Shown: positions 54,285-63,165 of the stretch, one piece after another
Layout of the letters: every line of letters starts with the position of its first letter
Numbering within the stretch: the first letter of the stretch is position 1
Virus record (IMG/VR): IMGVR_UViG_3300049893_001204
Span: 1 to 64,000 of that record
DNA from: a virus
DNA length: 64,000 nt
Strand: one strand, 5' to 3'
Notes under the pieces: generated by a model
The model's input: the letters and a program-made list of their open reading frames with translations, nothing else
What the model was told of the DNA's origin: nothing
Databases searched by the model: none
Position numbers and translations under genes: made by a program

Positions 54285-55886
54285 ATGCCAGTAGCTCCAA
54301 GCGATTCCGGATTTTTTAACACTATTGGACAAAAGGTCGATCAATACTTAACTAATTACCTGCGCAGTACAACTACTGATCAGGAAATTTTAGATTTTTA
54401 TGGCGAAGGTAATGTCGTAGGTCGCAAAGGAATACCTGCAAATGATGAAGACCTGATTAAATCAGTCGAAGCTGCTCATCGCAATCCTTCCTATAGACCA
54501 GATACTGGTAGGAAAGATTTTAGAGTTGGCAGTATTGACCAAGAGATTGGCTATAACTATTCAACTAAAGACATCCCAGGAGCAGTTTCTCCTGACACTG
54601 GACGGCCTTGGCAAATGACCTTTGGGGTACTGCCAAAAGATTTTGGGGCTAGTTCATTAACACCAGCGGCCAGACAATTCTTAGAAGATTTTCGTATTCC
54701 TAAAAACGCAGGCAACGATTACAGCTTTGCAACAGGACCAAATATACAAGACAGAATTAATTTTGAAACGCAACAGTTAATTGAAAATGATCCTTACTAT
54801 GGTAAACAACCAGAAAAATTAAATCAAAAACTTGAAGAGATACGAAACCAATCCAATCGTATTGGTGACTTTAGCGGGCAACCCGTAACGCCAACAACCT
54901 GGAGAGAACGTGGATACATACAACAAAAACCTGAAGGTTTCAAAGAAAAGACATTAAACGAATTCAGGAATCGAATTTTTCAAGAGCAAGGGCCTTTTGG
55001 TGGCGTTTCTACACTGACGCCAGTGGAACACCGTAGCGCAGAAAATCCAACTTGGCGTGCAAATTTGTATGAAACAGAAGGGTTGGCAGGACCGCTGAGC
55101 GAACAAGGGTACTCAAGCGGGTATGGTGCCGGATCAAGAGATGTACAACGGTTTACAACTGGTTCTGAACGCACGCTTCCATTACAACCGTACACAGAAT
55201 TTTTTCAAAAGATAAGTGGTGCTACAGAGCCAAGCTCACTCGGAACAGTGCCTGCACCTGACTTCACGCCTCTCCAAAAGTTTATTGGAACAAGGAATTA
55301 TCTAATTGGAAAAAATATTCTTGAGGGTCGAGGACATTTAGGAGCCGGGTTTAATGCGACAGCTGATCTTACTGGATCTATCCCATTGTTTGATCCTAAG
55401 TTCAGGGAAGCTGTTGAAAAAGGTGACGTGGGAGCAGCAGCTAGACAAGTTGGTACTGAGTATGTAGCAGGAACGTTGGCAGCACCTGTTGTCGGTGCTG
55501 GCATGGGAGTTCTGCAACGCGTAGCTCCTAGGGCCGCAGCAGCTGCTATCACTGGTCTTAATGCTGTCCGCATAGCAAATCCTGTTGCAGTTGTCTCACA
55601 GCTTGGTGGAGATGCGCCGCAACCAAGAGCTGTTGGCACTTACAACGGCTCGACTGTTTACCGGAATCCACAAGGAGCATTTGTAGCTGCGCCTTTAAAC
55701 GGTCGTCCGATTCGTCTAGGCACAGCTGTCAGAGGCGGGCGGCAAACCTTTGTTCCTTGGGGATCCGTCGCTGGCGAGCGCCGCGTTGGACCGAAGACAG
55801 TTGGTCGGCCTTGGTGGGATGTTCTTGGATCTAAATTTGAAGACGCATTAAACCGCTTTAACTCCGGAAAAATTATCGGACGTTAA
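54285..55886 (+). CDS. Hypothetical (internal virion-type) protein
   Basis: 533 aa. Confidence 0.6.
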   Translation: MPVAPSDSGFFNTIGQKVDQYLTNYLRSTTTDQEILDFYGEGNVVGRKGIPANDEDLIKSVEAAHRNPSYRPDTGRKDFRVGSIDQEIGYNYSTKDIPGAVSPDTGRPWQMTFGVLPKDFGASSLTPAARQFLEDFRIPKNAGNDYSFATGPNIQDRINFETQQLIENDPYYGKQPEKLNQKLEEIRNQSNRIGDFSGQPVTPTTWRERGYIQQKPEGFKEKTLNEFRNRIFQEQGPFGGVSTLTPVEHRSAENPTWRANLYETEGLAGPLSEQGYSSGYGAGSRDVQRFTTGSERTLPLQPYTEFFQKISGATEPSSLGTVPAPDFTPLQKFIGTRNYLIGKNILEGRGHLGAGFNATADLTGSIPLFDPKFREAVEKGDVGAAARQVGTEYVAGTLAAPVVGAGMGVLQRVAPRAAAAAITGLNAVRIANPVAVVSQLGGDAPQPRAVGTYNGSTVYRNPQGAFVAAPLNGRPIRLGTAVRGGRQTFVPWGSVAGERRVGPKTVGRPWWDVLGSKFEDALNRFNSGKIIGR

Positions 55887-56131
55887 TCCGCCCAGTGCTC
55901 AAGCCGGTGGCAGTTGCAGCACAGTGGAATGCATTTATTAATCTCTTCTTTGATTTTGTTCCAGCTATATCCATGGTTCACCATGTTTGATATGTTGTGA
56001 TCCTTATCACCTACGTGGTGAAATTCAAGAATACGATGGTCATCTATCCCACAGTTACTGCAAGATAAAGTCTTCTTGTACTCCAAGAACTTGTTTCGAT
56101 TCTCTTGAAGCCTTGGCTTGGAACTTGGCAC
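55883..56131 (-). CDS. HNH endonuclease
   Basis: CSNCG...LEFHH...KCIPLCCNCHRLEH; GTG start just downstream of the tRNAs. Confidence 0.75.
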   Translation of the reverse strand: MPSSKPRLQENRNKFLEYKKTLSCSNCGIDDHRILEFHHVGDKDHNISNMVNHGYSWNKIKEEINKCIPLCCNCHRLEHWAD

Positions 56132-56175
56132 TAATATCAACAATTCACTGCAATAACTATAACTAACTTTTGAAA

Positions 56176-56247
56176 AGCTGGATAACAGATTTGAACTGTT
56201 GGCCTGAGATTTACAAAATCCCTGCTCTACCACTGAGCTAATCCAGC
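56176..56247 (-). tRNA. tRNA-Thr(UGU)
   Basis: GCTGGAT/ATCCAGC acceptor, GGGAT-TTTGTAA-ATCTC anticodon arm, TTCAAAT T loop. Confidence 0.9.
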
Positions 56248-56250
56248 ACA

Positions 56251-56324
56251 TCGGAATGGTAGGATTTGAACCTACGGCATGTACGTCCCAAACGTACCGC
56301 TCTACCAAACTGAGCTACATCCCG
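56251..56324 (-). tRNA. tRNA-Pro(UGG)
   Basis: CGGGATG/CATTCCG acceptor, GTACG-TTTGGGA-CGTAC anticodon arm, GTAGG-TTCAAAT-CCTAC T arm. Confidence 0.92.
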
Positions 56325-56341
56325 AACTTAAATAGTCTACA

Positions 56342-56443
56342 GCACCCAGGGAGGATTTGAACCCCCATCGCCATATCCACTGAAAGCATTGCGTCCAATA
56401 CCCAGGCTGGTGGCCGCACTATCCAATTGTTTCGGACTGGGTG
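56342..56443 (-). ncRNA. tRNA-like RNA with an expanded anticodon-arm region
   Basis: CACCCAG/CTGGGTG acceptor and GGGGG-TTCAAAT-CCTCC T arm; about 45-nt irregular hairpin replaces the anticodon arm. Confidence 0.6.
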
Positions 56444-56586
56444 GATCTGTACGGTTCCGTAAGTTCACAGTTCTCGTCAATTATGCCAGCATCTTGCAAG
56501 AACTTCTTACATGCCTCAGGATCTTTAAGCATTTTATCCAACCATGGTTGGAGTTTTTCGTGAGTTAATCTTTCTATCTTGTACAT
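56419..56586 (-). CDS. Small hypothetical protein (55 aa)
   Basis: MYKIERL...KKFLQDAGIIDENCELTEPYR; ends inside the tRNA-like RNA. Confidence 0.5.
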   Translation of the reverse strand: MYKIERLTHEKLQPWLDKMLKDPEACKKFLQDAGIIDENCELTEPYRSTQSETIG

Positions 56587-56644
56587 AATTATGGGCGACA
56601 GTATCCACCTACGATCACCTTAGCAGTGCGTTTACGTTGTGGCT

Positions 56645-56900
56645 TAGGGGACTGTTCGTTTAATACAACGTTCCTTGTTGTACCCAAATAGTTGCCTGGG
56701 GAACCACCCCAGGACTTGCGCCTTATCTGCTGCAGCAGAGTTTGGCTGGTGTGAGTCCATCTCTCACGTGGTCTGATTGTCAATCCCCCTACAGACATCG
56801 GGAACCCTCCAAGCGGGAGGATAACGCTGTTCCAGATTCATGGGGAACATTGCCACGGCCACCAACTTTGCTGGTTAAGGGTGGTGGTGCGCTCCACCCA
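56645..56900 (-). ncRNA. Candidate multibranched structured ncRNA
   Basis: GGGGGAUUG/CAGUCCCCU closing helix enclosing four hairpins, with three more hairpins 5' of it. Confidence 0.5.
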
Positions 56901-56922
56901 AGGGAATCATACACCAGATTGA

Positions 56923-56994
56923 GGGGTCGTGCCGGAATCAAACCGACTTTCTGTGTGGCTTGTCGCCCTGTCCTTATCAATGGACTACCGACCC
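56923..56994 (-). ncRNA. tRNA-like RNA/pseudo-tRNA with a non-canonical anticodon arm
   Basis: GGGTCG/CGACCC acceptor, GTCC-ATTGATAA-GGAC D arm, GTCGG-TTTGATT-CCGGC T arm, GGC-GACAA-GCC in place of the anticodon arm. Confidence 0.6.
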
Positions 56995-57048
56995 AGTGAC
57001 CCCCAGGTTTGTGCATCGTTGAGAGGCATAGGGGGTATTGCTGTACAC

Positions 57049-57057
57049 AGTATAACA
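57049..57057 (-). promoter_or_regulatory. Extended -10 promoter for the ncRNA/tRNA cluster
   Basis: TGTTATACT on the minus strand. Confidence 0.55.
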
Positions 57058-57064
57058 GCTTAAA

Positions 57065-57226
57065 TTACTTTGGTTTCTTTGTTGTCTTAGCTGAGTCTTT
57101 AAATGCTTTGGCAGTAGGTGCTCCCTTATCACCAGGCTTGCGCATCTTTTCACCGCTACCTGCAGCAATGCGTTCACGCTTGGCGTTGATGTTCGCATAA
57201 AGACCAGGCTTCTTCTTCTCTGCCAT
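57065..57226 (-). CDS. Small basic protein (53 aa)
   Basis: KPGLYANINAKRERIAAGSGEKMRKPG.KGAPTAKAF, a common phage microprotein. Confidence 0.7.
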   Translation of the reverse strand: MAEKKKPGLYANINAKRERIAAGSGEKMRKPGDKGAPTAKAFKDSAKTTKKPK

Positions 57227-57374
57227 CTTCTAATAACCGTTTGCGTTCTTCTAGTATTTTAGCGTACTTACATGGCTTAGCACTCCTGGCCCAATTAGGG
57301 CCAGGATTTGGAATCATTGTTTCTAGTTTCCAGAAGTAATCTTGGAGACGTTGTTCTTCTGTGATACGTGCCAC
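57174..57374 (-). CDS. Hypothetical protein
   Basis: 66 aa. Confidence 0.5.
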   Translation of the reverse strand: MARITEEQRLQDYFWKLETMIPNPGPNWARSAKPCKYAKILEERKRLLEDGREEEAWSLCEHQRQA

Positions 57375-57580
57375 TAGCTCAGGGTTGTTGGTGTGTCCTT
57401 GGTTTGACTGAACCGCTGCATGAATTCATCCATGTGCTCCAGGGAATCCAGGCGGCATAGAACGTCAGTGAGGCTGCTGATGGTAATGGGATGTTCGGTG
57501 CGGGCGGCAAAGGCTAGCGCATCACGCAGGTGGCCGGCAGCAGCATCAACAGATTCTTTGACTTGAGAAGACAGAGACAT
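57374..57580 (-). CDS. Cyanophage hypothetical protein
   Basis: LSSQVKES..A...LRDALAFAARTE.P. Confidence 0.65.
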   Translation of the reverse strand: MSLSSQVKESVDAAAGHLRDALAFAARTEHPITISSLTDVLCRLDSLEHMDEFMQRFSQTKDTPTTLS

Positions 57581-57705
57581 TTCAGATTCCTTGGGGTTAC
57601 GTAAGAGGGGAGCAATAACAAACATTGTAGTTCATGTGTCTAGTAATAGTATGAACTACAAGTCATGAGTAGAAAAGTAAGGTAAACACAACAGGTAGGT
57701 TGGGA

Positions 57706-58296
57706 TTACTCGTCATCAAAGTCGGTCCAGATCCAGCCAATTTGATAGTCATCAAACAAAGGATCAATGCCAATGGCATCCATGACTTCGTAGATTAAAC
57801 GACCTTTGCCGTTGCGCTTACCTTTGAGTATAAGATTGTCGTCAACAACGATCAAAGTGCCAGGGCAAATGATGTCTTTGGCGGCAAACAGTTCCTTTAG
57901 GTGGTGGGATGCTGCTTCCCAGTCGTCTGCCCAATTAGTAATGTTGAAAGAATCTAGGTAGAGTAGGGCAACATTGCCGCTCAAGCTGGAGAGATACTCA
58001 ACGGAATCTGATTGGATGATTTCTGTTTTGGAGCTGGTGTTGCTGCGGGCAAGTTTGCAGGCAACAGGATCAATATCAATTGAAATCAGGTGGCCTCCAT
58101 TGTGTTGGATGTAGTTGTCAAAGAGAAGGGTTGAGCAACCATCGCCCGTGTAGTTGTCCTGTTCTCGGTAAGTACCTGTCTCAACAATGATGGGATGATT
58201 GGTGGAATCTAGAAACTTAAAGATTTGATCAAAGGTCTTTTCTCGGGCACCAAGGCGGCCTTTGATCCCTTCGTAGTATTCAGTCCAACCGCTCAT
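57706..58296 (-). CDS. Class I SAM-dependent methyltransferase
   Basis: IVETGT...DGCST...SIDI...DSVEYL...LLYLDS...IVVDD. Confidence 0.75.
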   Translation of the reverse strand: MSGWTEYYEGIKGRLGAREKTFDQIFKFLDSTNHPIIVETGTYREQDNYTGDGCSTLLFDNYIQHNGGHLISIDIDPVACKLARSNTSSKTEIIQSDSVEYLSSLSGNVALLYLDSFNITNWADDWEAASHHLKELFAAKDIICPGTLIVVDDNLILKGKRNGKGRLIYEVMDAIGIDPLFDDYQIGWIWTDFDDE

Positions 58297-58431
58297 GGTG
58301 TGTGCTATAAATCAATCCGAGTATAGGTGATTTCTTTTGACTGGAGTTCCTTCTCTTTTTCTTCAGCTTCAATAGTTTCTACATCTTCTACCACAGGCCA
58401 CTCCTCAATGTCGTAATAGAACCTTGTCAAA

Positions 58432-58680
58432 TTACAAGACACCGATGAGACTCCAGATGGATTGTTTGTGGAACAGCTCCCAGTACATGATGAACATGAC
58501 CGCAAGCATGGCGACTCTTCCATTCCAGCGCTCTGCAAACCACATATAGTCATTTGGATGTGTTGGAATCTTGAATAAGTTTAGGTCTGGGCAATACTCG
58601 TTAATCATTTCTTTGGCTAACCAGGCAAGGCACATAGCCATTCCTTGGATGAAAAGCAACGTCTTCATGAATCCGTTCAT
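58432..58680 (-). CDS. hli: High-light inducible protein (alternative start 58608)
   Basis: AERWNGRVAML chlorophyll-binding motif followed by a TM helix. Confidence 0.9.
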   Translation of the reverse strand: MNGFMKTLLFIQGMAMCLAWLAKEMINEYCPDLNLFKIPTHPNDYMWFAERWNGRVAMLAVMFIMYWELFHKQSIWSLIGVL

Positions 58681-58781
58681 TGTCTTGCCAGGAGTTCGCG
58701 GATGAAAATGAAGGCATCAATGCCTGTGATTAGGAGGATAGCACCCAAGATGCTGGCAATGGCATAGACAAAACCATTCAT
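58677..58781 (-). CDS. Small TM peptide (34 aa)
   Basis: MNGFVYAIASILGAILLITG...; ATGA coupling to hli. Confidence 0.45.
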   Translation of the reverse strand: MNGFVYAIASILGAILLITGIDAFIFIRELLARQ

Positions 58782-58831
58782 CGCAAAAAGGAAAATACCT
58801 GGTACATTGAGGTTAATATACAAAACCTCAG

Positions 58832-59686
58832 ATGGTTGCTAAAGTAGACATATCCAAACCTTGGATTCAAGTCCAGGATAAGCAGCCAGATATAATGCGG
58901 AACCTTAATAAGGCCGCAACTAGGGTTTCAATCAATGGTAGGCGGCATTACAGCACTCCGCTACCCGTTAACTTTGCTCCCTCAGTTACCACAATATTAA
59001 GTGAGACTGCATCTGAGGCAAACAAACGTAAGCTGGAGATGTGGTCAAAAGCAAATCCAGGTGTTAAGGAGGCTGCTGCTGAGCGTGGAACAGCTATCCA
59101 CTATGGCATGGAGCAGTATCTCAAAGGGAATAAGGAGCCCAGTATTCCGGAAGAGTATCAAGATTTTTGGTGTGGTATGCCGCCAATCTTGGATCAGTTC
59201 CAGGAGGTCTTATGGGCTGAAACTCCAGTGGATCCTAAGTTTGATTTTACTGTTGGTGCTGATGACGTGGCTCGTGTGTGGGGTTGCGATGCTGACGGGA
59301 GGGCATGGGCTGGTGCTCCCGATATTATTGGCGTGGTTAATAATAAGCTCACTCTTGCTGACTTGAAAACCAGTGTCAAGCCTTATAGCCGCAACTGGCC
59401 TAAAGACTTAGAGAAAGGCTCAGTTGAATGGCGTGATCTACTGGGTGGTCATATGAAGTTTAAAAAAACCTGTAAACAGTTAGCTGCGTATGACATTGCA
59501 ATTGAACAGACTCTTGGGATGACAGTACAACAAGCAGCTATTTTGGTATCAACGCCAACACGTACACAGGTATTTAAGATTTCCAGGAATTTCTTGAATA
59601 TGTTAAGGGAAGATTGGTATAAGATTCTTGAGTCTTACTATAATCAAGTAGAAGAGTTTGGGGAGTCAGACCCAGATCTGATTTGA
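58832..59686 (+). CDS. PD-(D/E)xK exonuclease
   Basis: PSVTTIL, ERGTAIH, AGAPD, DLKTS, QLAAY. Confidence 0.85.
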   Translation: MVAKVDISKPWIQVQDKQPDIMRNLNKAATRVSINGRRHYSTPLPVNFAPSVTTILSETASEANKRKLEMWSKANPGVKEAAAERGTAIHYGMEQYLKGNKEPSIPEEYQDFWCGMPPILDQFQEVLWAETPVDPKFDFTVGADDVARVWGCDADGRAWAGAPDIIGVVNNKLTLADLKTSVKPYSRNWPKDLEKGSVEWRDLLGGHMKFKKTCKQLAAYDIAIEQTLGMTVQQAAILVSTPTRTQVFKISRNFLNMLREDWYKILESYYNQVEEFGESDPDLI

Positions 59687-59689
59687 ATT

Positions 59690-59896
59690 ATGGATGGCGC
59701 CCCAGATGAACAACTTGAGAAATTGAGAATGGCTTGGAATCCAGAAGATCCGATTGAGAAACAAAAGCGTATCGCGTGGGCGGTGGCAACATCAACAGCT
59801 ATTGAGACCAGGGAGGATCCTGTGCTGATTTATGAAAGGTTGATGAAACAACCAGTGTTAATGGGCGTCTCACTTAGTGACGCAGATAAGACATAA
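59690..59896 (+). CDS. Hypothetical protein
   Basis: 68 aa. Confidence 0.5.
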   Translation: MDGAPDEQLEKLRMAWNPEDPIEKQKRIAWAVATSTAIETREDPVLIYERLMKQPVLMGVSLSDADKT

Positions 59897-59972
59897 AGAT
59901 TTCAACTTTTTATCCCGGCCTTTTGGATTCCCGGAAGTAGGATAAATAGACATCCAAAACCACACCTCCGTC

Positions 59973-60155
59973 ATGGACATTCATCATGTCTTTGTCGGTG
60001 AGTGGATGAATACGCTCCAATGCCTCATGTCTAATGCGGCAGATGGGGATGTTTTTTGTCTACCCACACCGATGCATCTTCATGCTTTCCTTCTTGTTAA
60101 GGAGAATTTTCCTGAACGAGACTTTAAAGTAGAAGTGCTCCAGGGGGATTGCTGA
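59973..60155 (+). CDS. Hypothetical protein
   Basis: 60 aa, TGATG-coupled to the primase gene. Confidence 0.55.
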   Translation: MDIHHVFVGEWMNTLQCLMSNAADGDVFCLPTPMHLHAFLLVKENFPERDFKVEVLQGDC

Positions 60156-62794
60156 TGTCTAGTACGCAGAAACTGTCGCTGTCGCCAGGAGAGATTCGCC
60201 TTGACTATATTCCCATTGAATGGCCGCTTACACCGCTGGGTGGCAACAAGGATCCCTACATCGTTGGTTGGCAGAATCAACCATTTACGGTACGTGAAAT
60301 TGAGGAAGAAATTATTAGTGGCAAATGCAAAGCTGTTGGCCTGCATTCTGGTCCTGTTTACAACTATCCATATGGTCTTATCTGGGTCGACGTGGATGGA
60401 CCAACGGTTTATGAACTGGTCAAGCAGCTTTCAAACCTTGAATTTTCTGATGCACTCCCCAGTACCTTAACCATTCTCAGTGGCAAGGAAGGGAGAGAGC
60501 GTAAGTTATACAAGATTGATCGAGAAAAACACAAGCATCTTGTAAGGAACAAGTACACCTGGACTGCAGGTGGCAATAAAGAAAAGCTTGAGATTCTTTG
60601 GCGTCGGCACCAAGGTGTGCTAATGGGGTTGCATCCGGATACGGATGGTTACTACACGGCACAAGATCAAGGGTTTGAGTGGATCCAGCAGTTGCCTGAA
60701 TTTCCGGATTGGTTGCTGAATCAGATCATCAATAAGAATGTCAAGCAAGGGGTACCTGCTCGGCAAACAACACGGGTTGTTGGTCCAGGGTTTGTAGTTA
60801 ATGCTCAGATCGATTTAGATCGTGACATTAAAAAGGCAGCAGAGGCAATGTGGAAATTACCTCAAGCTGCCGTAGATGATTACGACATCTGGATTGCTAT
60901 TGGTCAGTCGCTCCATTCATTGGATGAATCCCTGCTAGAGCAATGGGATGAATGGTCTAAGCAATCAGATAAGTATAGAGAAGGTGAATGCCACAGGCGC
61001 TGGCTTTCGTTTACTAAAGGTGGTGGCAGAGGCATCGGTACTATTCTGCATATTGCTCAGGAGAATGGTGTCCGACTCTCTGATGATTCCCGTGTACTTC
61101 CTGTTGATGATGCGCTGTTAGATCACCAGGCACAACTCCTTTCTCAATATGAAGGTGAATCCATGGAAGCTGTTCATGTTTCTGAAGTCCTTGCTCCCAA
61201 TTTGGGACAGACGTTTGCCGAAGCGCCGCATCAGCAGAAGCGTGCAAAGCGCAAGCAAGGAGACAAGGAAACAAGACAAGGGAACTATTCATGCAACCAG
61301 ATTGCTGACAGAGTCATGCAAGAGTTTAAGGGGGATGTGGTCTACAGTCAAGCCCGTGATTCCTTCTTTTACTACGGACGTAAGTCAAAAGGTGTTTGGT
61401 CCCAGCTGTCTGATACAGAAATTAAGGGGGCCATTAAGGAGGTTGTGGATCGCGTCAGTGGAGAAATGTTGCCTAGTGGGTATGGTATTAACTTGATTAA
61501 TAATCTTACGGAGCTAATTAAGATTGAGCTGTGCTCAGATGAGTGGTACGAAAGTAATGATCTGTTGTTGTTTACGAATGGTGTGTTGAATGTGGCAACA
61601 AGGCAACTGATGCCTTTTGATCGGGAGCTGCGCATGACACAGCAACTGCCATATGACTATGACGCAGGTGCTACTTGTGAGCCAATCATTAAGTGGCTGA
61701 AGAATGCACAGGAAAATAACTGGGGTAGGGTCCAGGTGCTTAGGGCTTGGTTACGTGCAGTGCTGTTGAGTTACTCTGATATTCAAAAGTTTGTTGAGAT
61801 TGTGGGACCTGGTAAGTCTGGTAAGTCCACATATTCAAATTTGGCGCATGCACTGGTTGGTGATGACAATGCCATGATCTCGTCATTGGAGCATCTTGAA
61901 AAGAATAGGTTTGAGACGGCAAACCTCTATAAGAAAAAGCTGTTGCTCTTCAATGATGTTGAACGGTATGGCGGATCTGTCTCCGTGCTCAAGGCTATTA
62001 CTGGTCGTGACCTGATCCGTAATGAACGTAAGTTTCAAGCTGGGTCCCAGAAGCCGTTTAAGTTCAATGGCCTGGTTATGATCACGGCTAATGAACCCAT
62101 CCAAACTACTGATCCGACTTCTGGTCTGGCTCGTCGTCGGCTCACCATTCCTTTTGACAAGCCTTTTACTGGCAATTCTGCAGAACAACGCACACTTATT
62201 GACATGGACGATAACGGTCGTCCTTTCGGTGAGTTTGCTGCTCTCATTCCAGGGCTTGTGAATTGGGTGCTGGATATGTCAGAAGAAGAGATGAGGGAAT
62301 ATCTGATGGAAACAAATAATAAGGTTGACTTCTTTGCTAAGCACCACAGGGATCAGATCCTTAAATCCAATCAGATCATGGATTGGATGGAGCATTGTGT
62401 GGTGTTTGATCCAGGGGTGTCAACGGCAGTGGGCTTGGCTAAGCGGGCAACGGGTGGTGCATCTAATGTGTATGCAGGCTGGGATACAATGCTCTACGCC
62501 AGCTACTGCGAGTTTGCCTGTGCTTCCAATAGCAACATCTTGGGTAGGACTCGTTTTGAGACTCTGTTAATGGATGTGTGTATCCACCAGCTGGGGCTGA
62601 ACGTCTACAAATTCAAGAACAGGAAAGGTATGCGTGCTGTCAACATTGCATGCCGTGCTTCTGATCAGAAGTACACAAGCTTTCCTTCCATTGTGGAAGT
62701 GGGCTTGAATAAAGAAGAGTGGAGAGTTTACTACGGAAATGTACTGGATAAGCAGATGGATGAGAAAATAGAATCTGCAGAGGAAATCCAGTGA
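60155..62794 (+). CDS. Prim-pol primase / PriCT-2 / D5-like SF3 helicase
   Basis: K.P...GW, VDVD, HPDT; DYDIWIAIG..L...WDEWS.QS.KY; FTNGV; GPGKSGKST; ITAN; RR. Confidence 0.9.
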   Translation: MSSTQKLSLSPGEIRLDYIPIEWPLTPLGGNKDPYIVGWQNQPFTVREIEEEIISGKCKAVGLHSGPVYNYPYGLIWVDVDGPTVYELVKQLSNLEFSDALPSTLTILSGKEGRERKLYKIDREKHKHLVRNKYTWTAGGNKEKLEILWRRHQGVLMGLHPDTDGYYTAQDQGFEWIQQLPEFPDWLLNQIINKNVKQGVPARQTTRVVGPGFVVNAQIDLDRDIKKAAEAMWKLPQAAVDDYDIWIAIGQSLHSLDESLLEQWDEWSKQSDKYREGECHRRWLSFTKGGGRGIGTILHIAQENGVRLSDDSRVLPVDDALLDHQAQLLSQYEGESMEAVHVSEVLAPNLGQTFAEAPHQQKRAKRKQGDKETRQGNYSCNQIADRVMQEFKGDVVYSQARDSFFYYGRKSKGVWSQLSDTEIKGAIKEVVDRVSGEMLPSGYGINLINNLTELIKIELCSDEWYESNDLLLFTNGVLNVATRQLMPFDRELRMTQQLPYDYDAGATCEPIIKWLKNAQENNWGRVQVLRAWLRAVLLSYSDIQKFVEIVGPGKSGKSTYSNLAHALVGDDNAMISSLEHLEKNRFETANLYKKKLLLFNDVERYGGSVSVLKAITGRDLIRNERKFQAGSQKPFKFNGLVMITANEPIQTTDPTSGLARRRLTIPFDKPFTGNSAEQRTLIDMDDNGRPFGEFAALIPGLVNWVLDMSEEEMREYLMETNNKVDFFAKHHRDQILKSNQIMDWMEHCVVFDPGVSTAVGLAKRATGGASNVYAGWDTMLYASYCEFACASNSNILGRTRFETLLMDVCIHQLGLNVYKFKNRKGMRAVNIACRASDQKYTSFPSIVEVGLNKEEWRVYYGNVLDKQMDEKIESAEEIQ

Positions 62795-63165
62795 GCAATG
62801 GTAAGCACTTAATCCTAGATCTTTATGGCTGTGATCCAGAGCTGTTGAATAACTATGAGATGTTGGAAGAGTGGTTGCAAACCGCTCTTCTGATGGCTAA
62901 GGCTACGATCTTGCGCATTATTGGTGAGAAGTTTAAGCCGCAAGGAGTTACGTTACTTGCGTTGTTGGCTGAATCGCATGCCTCTGTGCATACGTGGCCT
63001 GAGATGGAATACTGTGCAATTGATCTCTATACGTGTGGTGCCACGACTGATGGGAAGAAGGCAGCTGATTTTTTGAAGTACAAGTTAAAAGCTCAACTAT
63101 CAGAAGAACGTGAGCTTATTAGGTCTGTTACACCTGTTATCGGTGGTCAATCAACTGATCAATAG
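62791..63165 (+). CDS. speD: S-adenosylmethionine decarboxylase proenzyme
   Basis: GKHLILDLYGC, F.PQGVT..ALLAESHASVHTWPE, DLYTCG. Confidence 0.95.
   Translation: MSNGKHLILDLYGCDPELLNNYEMLEEWLQTALLMAKATILRIIGEKFKPQGVTLLALLAESHASVHTWPEMEYCAIDLYTCGATTDGKKAADFLKYKLKAQLSEERELIRSVTPVIGGQSTDQ

Noticed and set aside
55883-56308. 141-aa version of the HNH ORF
   Set aside because: The N-terminal part runs through tRNA-Pro and tRNA-Thr; the GTG at 56131 is more plausible.
56342-56900. tmRNA or RNase P RNA
   Set aside because: No G3-U70 alanine acceptor or tag peptide, and no GAGGAAAGUCC-type P4 motif.
56589-57016. Short ORFs on both strands across the ncRNA region
   Set aside because: Atypical composition, and they overlap tRNA-like and hairpin structures.
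58832-59686. Cas4
   Set aside because: No four-Cys Fe-S cluster motif; an ordinary phage PD-(D/E)xK exonuclease.
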